A stretch of 63,775 nucleotides of DNA, filler included. It is 3 parts of 3 records of this genome, joined end to end, with 100 filler letters (N's around TTAATTAATTAA, not from the genome) between each part and the next. Parts side by side here need not be neighbours in the genome. Positions count along the whole stretch, not along the records: positions 1 to 29,332 come from SRR20825006_2371; 2 more parts are not named here. One strand, written 5' to 3'. Below the pieces are notes generated by a model. The model ran no database searches. It was not told where the DNA came from and saw only the letters and a list, made by a program, of their open reading frames with translations. Each line of letters starts with the position of its first letter. Positions within the stretch are counted from its first letter, which is position 1. The translations under genes and the position numbers were made by a program. Below, one piece after another: positions 1 to 8,293 of this stretch.

Positions 1-80
1 GCGAGAGGAAACGCGCCTCGTCTGTTTCTTATGAGTCATCGGGGGTTTGGTGTTTTAAGACCCGCCCCCGACCTCACGCA

Positions 81-1007
81 TCAGGGAAGCGTCGTGACTT
101 CGAACTGACCGAGGCCCTTGGTCTCTCCAGATGAGATGTAGAAATCACAGCTCGCGTCGCTGCCGTTGAGCGCGCTCTGCGAATCGGTGCAGAGGAGCAC
201 CTCGTACTCGTCGGCGCCTTCGGAGTCATTGCTCATGCTCTGCGCGCAGAACCCGCCGTACTCGTAGACCTCGATGATGCTGCCTTGCGAGATATCGAGC
301 GGCACGCCTTGCGAGTCGGAGAACTTGATCGTGATCCAACCGCCGCATCCCATCGAGTACACGCCCGACTCGTTGAACGACTCGTTGGGGCACTGCCCGC
401 TGGCGAGGCTTTGTGGGTTACCATCGAGGCGACCCGGGCTGATGAAGTCATTGTTGTCACCTTCACCGAGGTTCTGGTTCACGACCTCGCCCCACCCCAA
501 CGTCTGACCGTTGGCGTCCGAGAGCACCACAGCGATGAGGTCGGAGCCAGGATCGCTCGTGTTCGGCGAGCAGGCTGCTTCGCCCTCGGAGGTGTCCTGG
601 ATCATGATGACCTTGTACATGCTCTGAGCGTCTGGGTAGTCACAGGCGCCATCGACACAGACGCCATCCGCACCCGCGGTGCACTCCTCGTTGGTCGTGC
701 AGCCAGCGTTGAAGTTGTTCGTGGTGGTGTTGTTGGTCGTGCTGTTGTTGACCGTCCCACCCGCGTCACACAGGCCGCCGGGGGAGTTGTTCAGGCGCGC
801 CACGCAGACAGAGCCCACGGGGCAATCTGCGTCGGTGTTGCAGCCCGCTTCACACTCGTTGAACTCGTTACAGACAAAGCCTGCCGAGCACTCGTCATCG
901 AAAGTACATGCCTCGCCGCCTTGGGTGCCGGTGCCCCCACAGGCGAGGATGCTGATGCCGGTGGCGACCGCCATAACAGAACCGAGGTATTTAAGCGCTG
1001 TACGCAT
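81..1007 (-). CDS. Cys-rich lipoprotein (CxxDxxC repeats, Asn/Thr linker, uncharacterised C-terminal domain)
   Basis: 308-aa ORF with AGGAG RBS, signal peptide and lipobox ILAC; repeated CTFDDEC/CNTDADC/CTTNEEC modules; NNSTTNNTTTNN linker. Confidence 0.8.
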   Translation of the reverse strand: MRTALKYLGSVMAVATGISILACGGTGTQGGEACTFDDECSAGFVCNEFNECEAGCNTDADCPVGSVCVARLNNSPGGLCDAGGTVNNSTTNNTTTNNFNAGCTTNEECTAGADGVCVDGACDYPDAQSMYKVIMIQDTSEGEAACSPNTSDPGSDLIAVVLSDANGQTLGWGEVVNQNLGEGDNNDFISPGRLDGNPQSLASGQCPNESFNESGVYSMGCGGWITIKFSDSQGVPLDISQGSIIEVYEYGGFCAQSMSNDSEGADEYEVLLCTDSQSALNGSDASCDFYISSGETKGLGQFEVTTLP

Positions 1008-1143
1008 GTTTGCTCCTTGGAATCAAGTCGGCTTCGCCGTGGCATCTCCTCCACCAAGTTCAAAGCCAGTTATCGTGTCTTCATCTCGCGGTGTGCCAAA
1101 TCAACCACAACCGCCATCATCTTACCAGCGTCGCGAGTGTGAT

Positions 1144-2079
1144 TCACTCCGACAAATCGAGCGTCAACGAGGTCTTGTCCACGGCCGAACCTGCCAGGAC
1201 TTCCTCGCATTGCGTCTCGGTCATGATCATATCTCCTGATCTTGAGACGCAGAGTCTGACCTCGTATTCATCAGAAACTTCATCCGCGCCGCAGTTGGCC
1301 CCTCGCTCGACGACGTTGATCTTCCAACCATCCGCGAGCGTCAGGCGCGCGCCGCCATCATCGATGAAGTAGACGCGCAAGGACCCATCCTGACCGCCGA
1401 GCGTGACGCCTCTGGCCTCGAGCGGCGTCGCCACGCACTGCAACGCTTCATCCATCGCGAGGCTCGACCCGTCAAAGCTCTGGGTCGCCTCTGGCGAGGG
1501 CGTTTGTGCAGGCTCGTATTCGAGGCTCACCGCCCAGCCCTGGATGGTGCCAGCGGCGTCCTCGACGTAGATCGCCATGATCTCGGCGCCCTCTCCTTGT
1601 TGCTCCTGTTGATTTGTCCCCAGGTCACGCACCAGGACGCCGTAATCGGGCGCGGGCATGATGCAGGTGTTGATCAGGCTGCAACGCGCGAACTCGCTGC
1701 CGAGCTGCGCGACGCACTCCTGATCCGTGGTGCAGTCGAGGTCATTGTTGGCGTTGTTATCTTCGAAATCGGGCGGCGCGCAGACATTGACCGCCTCTGA
1801 CTCTTCTGGCCTGGTGAGCGGCCGACAGGCGATGTCGCCGTCGGGGTTGTCCTGGGCGAGCACCTCGCAGTCCTCGTCCATCGAGCAGACCTGACGACAG
1901 GTGCCCACGGCGCATGCTTCGTTGACGCCGCAATCAGCGTCGAACGCGCACTCGCTAAAGCTCACTCCGCACCCACCAGAGAGCATGGCCACAAAAACAG
2001 CGAGCGCGCACATCCACGTCCGCTGTCCAATATGACTTCGATGCTTCCCGCCAATCATCTCGTCGCCTCGATCAACCAT
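1144..2079 (-). CDS. Cys-rich lipoprotein, paralog of 81..1007 (start uncertain)
   Basis: Lipobox SGGC; CAFDADC/CSMDEDC/CTTDQEC modules; C-terminal domain shares GW and DEYEVxLC motifs with the neighbour. Confidence 0.75.
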   Translation of the reverse strand: MVDRGDEMIGGKHRSHIGQRTWMCALAVFVAMLSGGCGVSFSECAFDADCGVNEACAVGTCRQVCSMDEDCEVLAQDNPDGDIACRPLTRPEESEAVNVCAPPDFEDNNANNDLDCTTDQECVAQLGSEFARCSLINTCIMPAPDYGVLVRDLGTNQQEQQGEGAEIMAIYVEDAAGTIQGWAVSLEYEPAQTPSPEATQSFDGSSLAMDEALQCVATPLEARGVTLGGQDGSLRVYFIDDGGARLTLADGWKINVVERGANCGADEVSDEYEVRLCVSRSGDMIMTETQCEEVLAGSAVDKTSLTLDLSE

Positions 2080-2345
2080 TCAAGATGTTCGTTTACTAAC
2101 CTCACACGGCCATCCTTGCAAGGAAAGCGGTGCTCGAAAACGGGGCTCTGACATCCCTGTCACCTCTTTGGAGCAAGCCTACTCCAAAAAATGGAGTGCA
2201 CATTGACCACCTTTGACCTCGACTCACTTTCTGGGATGGTCGAGAGGTGCGATCGGGCTCGCCCATCATTGACACATTGCACGATGTGCGCCATGGAGTG
2301 TGATGCCCTATATGTGGCAAACCACGACGCCTACCAGAGGTAAGG

Positions 2346-3191
2346 ATGGAGACCCTGTTTCGCATAAAGACACGTGACCTGCTCGTCGCGGCGCTGCTCT
2401 CGATGACCGCCTGCACCTTTGTGATGGCGATCACCCCCGCAGAAGCGCTCGCGCAGGCGGACAACGAGAACGCCGCAAAAAAAGCGTTCGACGAAGCGGA
2501 GCGCTCCTTTCGCACCAAGGATTACATCGAGGCGATCCGGCGCTACAACCTGCTGCGCACACGCTTTCCCTACTCCGGGTGGGCGACGCTGGCAGACCTG
2601 AGGATCGCGGACGCTTACTTCGAGCAAGAAAAGTACGCCACCGCCATCGAGCAGTATCGCGCCTTCACAAAGCTCCACCCCGAGCACGAGCGCGTCACCT
2701 ACTCGAACTGGCGCGTCGCGCTCTCCTTCTACAAGCAGATGCCCGAGGACTGGTTCTTCCTGCCGCCCGGTTACGAGCGCGATCTGGACAGAGCCAAGGA
2801 CGCCGAGCGCGAGCTGCGCTTCTACCTGCGCCGCAACCCGAACTCCGAGTATGACAAGGACGCGACCCGCAAGCTGCTCGAGACGCGCCGCCGCCTTGCA
2901 GACCACGAGCTCTACGTGGCCGAGTTCTACATCAAGCGCGACAACCCGCGCGCTGCGGCCCTGCGGCTGACCTACCTGCTCAAGAATTACTCGGGGCTCG
3001 GGCTCGACCCCAAGGCGCTCTTCCTGTTGGCGCGCGCGTACATGGAGATGGGCGATGTGAACAAGGCGACCACCGCGCTCGGCGATCTCATCGAGGTTCA
3101 CCCCGACTCGGACATGGCCGCCAAGGCGCGCGCCTACCTGCGAAGGCACAACCTGAGGCCACCTCAGCAACAGCAGCCCGAGCAACCCTGA
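2346..3191 (+). CDS. bamD: Outer membrane protein assembly factor BamD (YfiO-type TPR protein)
   Basis: Motifs FPYS, LRIADAYF, YRAFTKLHPEH, ERD, RRRLADHELYVAEFY, AAALR; TAAGG RBS. Confidence 0.85.
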   Translation: METLFRIKTRDLLVAALLSMTACTFVMAITPAEALAQADNENAAKKAFDEAERSFRTKDYIEAIRRYNLLRTRFPYSGWATLADLRIADAYFEQEKYATAIEQYRAFTKLHPEHERVTYSNWRVALSFYKQMPEDWFFLPPGYERDLDRAKDAERELRFYLRRNPNSEYDKDATRKLLETRRRLADHELYVAEFYIKRDNPRAAALRLTYLLKNYSGLGLDPKALFLLARAYMEMGDVNKATTALGDLIEVHPDSDMAAKARAYLRRHNLRPPQQQQPEQP

Positions 3192-3214
3192 GAGCCACGC
3201 GGCAAACGCAAAAC

Positions 3215-3311
3215 AAAAGCGCCTCGCCCAGAACCACTGGGGGGCGCTTTTTTTGCGACGGTCTTCGGGGAGCGACCCGGGCATAAAAAAAGCGCCCCCC
3301 AGTGGTTCTGG
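3215..3311. terminator. Terminator hairpin nested in a perfect 27-bp inverted repeat between convergent genes
   Basis: AAAAGCGCC...GGCGCTTTTTTT hairpin after bamD; CCAGAACCACTGGGGGGCGCTTTTTTT (3228-3254) is exactly inverted at 3285-3311. Confidence 0.75.
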
Positions 3312-3354
3312 CCACCGCGGAGCGCATATACGAGACCTCCCCTGGAGTGAGGCT

Positions 3355-4101
3355 TCAGATGCCGAAGAAGAGGCGCTTGGCGAAATCACTCGAGAGCTCG
3401 CTCTGGAAGATCTTTCGCGCGGCTTCGCGGATGTCGTAAGCGCGACGATGGTAGAAGAAGGCCTTCTCCTCGGTGTCGTAGACGCCAAAGCAAGCGCGGT
3501 TGTCATTATCGCGAGGTTGCCCGACGCTCCCCACGGTGACGATGTACTTCTTGCCCTCCTTGAAGGTGAGCTTTGGACCGAAGAGCTCCTTGGCGCCCTG
3601 TTCCTGATCGAGCTCGAAGGCCTTTGTCAGGTGCGAGTGCCCGATGAACGTGATCCAGCCGAGCTCGTCCCAGGAGTGAATCAACTGGTTTGCCTGGTGC
3701 AGGTTGAAGACGTATTCGAAGTCTTCGAGGTTGACCGGCGAGCCGTGGCAGAAGGAGAGATCGAGGTCTTCGAGGTCCTTGCGGTAGGTCAAGGTCCGCA
3801 ACCAATCGTGGTAGGGCTCCTTGAGCTGGCGCGCGTGCCAGTCGAGCGCGTTGCGCGCGGCGTCGTAATAGAAGGCGTAGTTCATCCGCCCGCAGACCGC
3901 CGCGTCGTGGTTGCCGAGGATGGTGAACTCGGCGATATCCTTTACAATGTCGCAACATTCGTTGGGGTTGGCGCCGTAACCGACGACATCCCCGAGACAG
4001 AAGTACTGATCGATCGGCTCGTCGAGTTTCTCGTACTCTGCGATGACCGTGGTCAGAGCTTCGATGTTGCTGTGAACGTCACTAAAAATCCCGAAGCGCA
4101 T
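3355..4101 (-). CDS. Calcineurin-like metallophosphoesterase
   Basis: Motifs SDVHSN, LGDVVGYG, GNHD, HGSP, GHSH, GSVGQPRD. Confidence 0.92.
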   Translation of the reverse strand: MRFGIFSDVHSNIEALTTVIAEYEKLDEPIDQYFCLGDVVGYGANPNECCDIVKDIAEFTILGNHDAAVCGRMNYAFYYDAARNALDWHARQLKEPYHDWLRTLTYRKDLEDLDLSFCHGSPVNLEDFEYVFNLHQANQLIHSWDELGWITFIGHSHLTKAFELDQEQGAKELFGPKLTFKEGKKYIVTVGSVGQPRDNDNRACFGVYDTEEKAFFYHRRAYDIREAARKIFQSELSSDFAKRLFFGI

Positions 4102-4236
4102 CGCTGGCTCTTCTCCATGGAGGGATGCTTCTCACCGACGAACCCCTCGCCACGCATGACGCGCGACGTGAAGTTCAATAGAGAAGCATTCTGGCCGTAG
4201 GCTGGCCTGATTGCAACGACCGATCGTCACATCCTG

Positions 4237-7035
4237 TCAACTGCGCGCGGCTTTTGCCGCTTCGCGGATGCGACGATTGCGATCCTTGGCGAGGTTATTG
4301 AGCAACTCCTCGTCTCGCTGACCGAGGCGCCTGAGCAACGCGACGACCGCGTCGTCGTGCCCCTTGCTCTTGATCGTGCGCGTGAGCGCGGGCACGAGCT
4401 TGTCGCCATAACCAGCGAGCGTCGTGGCGAGGACCTCGAGGTTGCCCTGGCGCTTTGGATCGCGCAGCGCGTCGAGCAAGGTCGGGATGGCGCTCGTGCT
4501 CTTGACCTGAACCAGCGCGTGCGAGGCGATATACGTCGCGCTCGGGCCGCCCGACTCGATGCAGCGCACGAGCTCTCCTTCCAGACCATCGGCGCGCGTC
4601 TCGAGGAACTTTGCCAGCGAGGCGACCTCGCCAGCCATCATCTCCTCGGAGCCCTCGAGCACTCTCGAGACGACCGGCGCGCCGAAGCGCTCGATCAACA
4701 TCTGCGCCGCCTCGAGCCTGCCGTTGGCATCCTCGAGCAGGAGCAACAGATCATCCTTGCTCATCGTGCTCATATCATCGAAGGAGTCGAGCACGTCATC
4801 GTCGGGCAAGAAGTAGGTCACGCCCGTGGTCTCGCTGCGACGCGCGACGACGAGGCCGTCGTTCTCATCCGAGAGGTTGAACGCGGGGGGACCGGGGAGC
4901 TTTGGCATATTGGCGGGCAGTTTCTCATCGCCTTCCCCTCCCTTTGCCTTGGCCTCGGTGGGGATCTGCGTGATCTGCGTTCGCTCGCCGGGGAGCTCCT
5001 CTTCTTGCTGCTGGAACTCCTGCGCGCGGCGAAGCGCTGCTTGCGCGAGCTCGACGACGTCCGGGTCAGGTTGCACGCCGGACTCATCAGCGAACTCGAG
5101 CAAGGCGTCCCAGTTCTCCCACTGCTCGATCGGATCGAGGTCATTGGGTTTCAGGCCCACGCTGAGCTCGGCGAAGTTGGCGAGCAACCTCCTGGCGAGC
5201 GCGCGCTTGTTGTCGACCAGGTGCTCCGAGAGCGCCAGCTCGCGCAGCGGCTTGTTCAGATAAATCCCGCACGAGAGCGCGCCTTCGACCACGCGGCGCT
5301 GGATGGCGCGAAAATCAGCCAGCGGGAAGGAGCGATTGCCGATCAGGTAATCGAACACATCACCGCTCGACCAGTATCCGACGATGCCTGCGGCGAGCTT
5401 TATCTCGCTCGGCGCGCGCAGGTCTTCGAAGCTGCTCTTGTAGAAGTTGTGTCGCATCGAGCCGAGGCGCTCATAATCATCCGAGAAGAAGACCTCGGTG
5501 GCGGTGCCAAAGACACCCGCGGCGCCGCTGGCGTCTGCCAGGAAGTCATCCGCCTTCTCCTTGATCCAGCGCACGTTCGCCTCGAGGTCAGCCTTGGCGT
5601 CGTAGCTTCGGATGAGCTTCCCCTTGCGATCATAGAACGCGAAGCGCACGGCGGACTCGGCCATCAGCGCATCGATCACGGCGCGATCGTTATCGTGGGT
5701 GACATCGAGCGGCCAGCCAAAGGACTCGGACAGCTTGTGGCCATCATCGAGGCTCGCGAGCAGGATCGTCGCCAGCGGACACTCCTCGACCACGGCGTAC
5801 TGGATGAACAGCTTCGGATCATTATCGAGGACGCGATCGACGGCCTTCTTGCCTGTGCGCCACGCGGCGACGACATAACCGTCGACGACGCGCGTGTAGT
5901 AGTCCTGTCCGCTGGCGTACGTCTCGTCGAAGGTAGAGGAGACATGCACCGCGTTCAGGCCAGGGACCTGAGTGATATGCGTCGCGTCATCGGGACCAAA
6001 TTCATCATCGGGCGTATCCGCGGGGAGCGCGGTCTCGGAGAGCAGACCCGTCGAGGGCGCAGACGTGACGACGTCGTGCTCCTCCAGGATCTCTTTCTCA
6101 TCGAGGACGAGATCGACGGGATCATCCTCGACGACCTCGATGAACTGATCGTCGGTGACGACCTGAGTCTTCTCTTCTGCGGCGACGATGGCGCCGCCCT
6201 GAGCCGCCTCGAGCTCGCGTTGCTCGAGGTTGAGGCGAGTCGCTTCGAGCTGTTGACGCTCGCGCTCGATCTCTTCGCGCTCGAGGATGAGGCGTTGACG
6301 ATCGCGATCGATCTCCTCGCGCTCGGTGGCGATGTTCATCTCGACTTCTTCCATGCGCTCGCGCTCGCGCTCGAGGCGCTCGCTCACGTCACCGAGCTGC
6401 GTCTCCTTCAGGGAGAGCTCCTCGCGCTTCTTCTCGAGATGATCGCGCTCGCGCTTGATATCGGCGCGCTCTTCCTCGAGCGCGGCGGTGTCCACAGCGG
6501 GCGGCGCGGGGAGCGGGCTCTTCGAGAGGACGGTGACCTCGTTGGGGCCAGCCTCGTCGGAAGCCTCCTCGGCGGCGTCGGCGGCGGGCGCTGTGAGCGC
6601 GGCCAGCTGCGATTGCTCGAGCGTGGCGAGCGCCTCGGCGTCGAACACCGTGCGGAAGTTCTTGACGTAGTCGGGCAAGACCTCGCGCTCGCGCGCCATC
6701 TCGTTCAGGAGCTCGGAGCGGTGCTTGAACTCCTCGTGACGCAGCGACTCGGGGATCACCAGGACGAACAACCGGAGCTCCTCGTCGTGATAACGCACCG
6801 GGATCGCCAGATCGTAGGTGCGCTCGGAGAAGGGGCTCGGGACGCGGTTGAGCTCTCCATCGAAGAGCTTCTCGCGCAATTCGGGATCTTCGGTCACGTT
6901 GACCCCGGTATACACACTCGCGGGGAACACTGGCCCCGCGTGGCTACTGATGAGCACTGACGTCTTCGAGGTGCGCCCGAGGCGCCCCTTGTAAACCTGC
7001 TCTTCGCTAACCCCTTTTGACTCCATCCCGCGCAC
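4237..7035 (-). CDS. Large acidic protein: CpXC-like N-terminus, coiled coil, C-terminal HEAT-like repeats (start 7035 or 7026)
   Basis: 932-aa ORF with host-like codon usage; VNVTEDPELREKLFDGELN...YHD; long E/R-rich heptad stretch; helical C-terminus (IPTLLDALRD, IREAAKAA). Confidence 0.75.
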   Translation of the reverse strand: MRGMESKGVSEEQVYKGRLGRTSKTSVLISSHAGPVFPASVYTGVNVTEDPELREKLFDGELNRVPSPFSERTYDLAIPVRYHDEELRLFVLVIPESLRHEEFKHRSELLNEMAREREVLPDYVKNFRTVFDAEALATLEQSQLAALTAPAADAAEEASDEAGPNEVTVLSKSPLPAPPAVDTAALEEERADIKRERDHLEKKREELSLKETQLGDVSERLERERERMEEVEMNIATEREEIDRDRQRLILEREEIERERQQLEATRLNLEQRELEAAQGGAIVAAEEKTQVVTDDQFIEVVEDDPVDLVLDEKEILEEHDVVTSAPSTGLLSETALPADTPDDEFGPDDATHITQVPGLNAVHVSSTFDETYASGQDYYTRVVDGYVVAAWRTGKKAVDRVLDNDPKLFIQYAVVEECPLATILLASLDDGHKLSESFGWPLDVTHDNDRAVIDALMAESAVRFAFYDRKGKLIRSYDAKADLEANVRWIKEKADDFLADASGAAGVFGTATEVFFSDDYERLGSMRHNFYKSSFEDLRAPSEIKLAAGIVGYWSSGDVFDYLIGNRSFPLADFRAIQRRVVEGALSCGIYLNKPLRELALSEHLVDNKRALARRLLANFAELSVGLKPNDLDPIEQWENWDALLEFADESGVQPDPDVVELAQAALRRAQEFQQQEEELPGERTQITQIPTEAKAKGGEGDEKLPANMPKLPGPPAFNLSDENDGLVVARRSETTGVTYFLPDDDVLDSFDDMSTMSKDDLLLLLEDANGRLEAAQMLIERFGAPVVSRVLEGSEEMMAGEVASLAKFLETRADGLEGELVRCIESGGPSATYIASHALVQVKSTSAIPTLLDALRDPKRQGNLEVLATTLAGYGDKLVPALTRTIKSKGHDDAVVALLRRLGQRDEELLNNLAKDRNRRIREAAKAARS

Positions 7036-7348
7036 CTCTCCCGAGAGGATTTATATCCAAACAAAGCGCCTGACACCGATTTCATTGGCCACGCTTTAAA
7101 TCGTTCGCTCTAACAGCGTGCACCCCAATAGCACGCGCCCTCCCGTGCGCGCAAGCGCTTGAAAGCAAACCAATCGGGCTCTTTTCACAAAGCACGCGCT
7201 CGAACACAAAACCCGAACCTCCTCGATGACGGATGACGCAGCGCGTTATCCAAGACCTCCGCGCTATTGATCTCGGGGAGAGGATGCGATTAGATTCGCA
7301 CAGCTCGAGACGACGCGGGAGCGCCCCCTCCCTCTATTTTCAAGGATC

Positions 7349-8251
7349 ATGGAGCAAGAAGAGATGACGCAGGCACAGGACACATCGGTCAGTTCCCCAC
7401 TCCTCAAACTCGGCCTCCCCAAGGGCCGCATGCAAGAGGGCGTCTTCGCGCTCCTCGGGGACGCGGGCATCCAGATCCATCAAGGCAAGCGCAGCTACCG
7501 CCCCGCCCTCTCGCTCGAGCATATCGAGGCAAAGATCCTCAAACCTCAGAACGTCGTCGAGATGCTCCACGCAGGATCGCGCGATCTCGGTTTTGCTGGC
7601 GCGGACTGGGTCGCCGAGCTCGGCGCGGAGTTGACCGAGGTGCTCGATCTGGGGCTCAATCCGGTGCGCCTCGTCGCCGCCGCGCCAGAGGATCTGCTGG
7701 TCGACGGAAAACTCCCCGATCAACCCCTGGTCATCGCCTCCGAGTACACGCGCCTGACCAAGCAATGGATCGCGGACAACAACCTCGACGCCAAATTCGT
7801 GCGCGCCTACGGGGCAACTGAGGTGTTCCCACCGGAGGACGCGGACTGTATCGTGGACAATACGGCCACAGGCTCGACACTCGCCGCGAACAAGCTCGAG
7901 ATCGTCGACACGTTGATGCACTCCTCGACGAGGCTCTACGCTCACCCAGCAGCGCTCGATGACCCCGAGAAGCGCAGCGCCATCGAGGACCTGAAGCTCG
8001 TGATCGAGAGCGTCCTCGAGGCGAGGAAGCGCGTGATGCTCGAGCTCAACGTCCCGCGCGAGAAGCTCGACAAGATCGTCGAGATCTTGCCATGCATGCG
8101 TGAGCCCACGATCTCCTCGCTGCACTCGAGCGAGGGTTGGGCCGTCAAGGCCGCCGTCCCGAGGAAGGCGCTCGCGACGCTTATCCCCGAGCTCAAGGCC
8201 GCCGGTGGCGCCGATATCGTCGTCACCAAGCTCGCGCAGATCGTCCCTTGA
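7349..8251 (+). CDS. hisG: ATP phosphoribosyltransferase, long form with C-terminal regulatory domain
   Basis: LGLPKGR, DLGFAGADW, GATEVFP, DCIVDNTATGSTLAAN; C-terminal PTISSL domain. Confidence 0.95.
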   Translation: MEQEEMTQAQDTSVSSPLLKLGLPKGRMQEGVFALLGDAGIQIHQGKRSYRPALSLEHIEAKILKPQNVVEMLHAGSRDLGFAGADWVAELGAELTEVLDLGLNPVRLVAAAPEDLLVDGKLPDQPLVIASEYTRLTKQWIADNNLDAKFVRAYGATEVFPPEDADCIVDNTATGSTLAANKLEIVDTLMHSSTRLYAHPAALDDPEKRSAIEDLKLVIESVLEARKRVMLELNVPREKLDKIVEILPCMREPTISSLHSSEGWAVKAAVPRKALATLIPELKAAGGADIVVTKLAQIVP

Positions 8252-8293
8252 TCCAAGACTCCCACCGAGCAACGCGCTCGAGAGTACACATTT

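Noticed and set aside
4357..6960. 867-aa plus-strand ORF and similar long antisense ORFs (e.g. 13263-14717, 19330-20580, 41122-42393, 58474-60390)
   Set aside because: Shadow frames of well-supported genes in GC-rich DNA; no recognisable motifs
7036..7348. His leader peptide/attenuator upstream of hisG
   Set aside because: No His-codon run or terminator/antiterminator pair found
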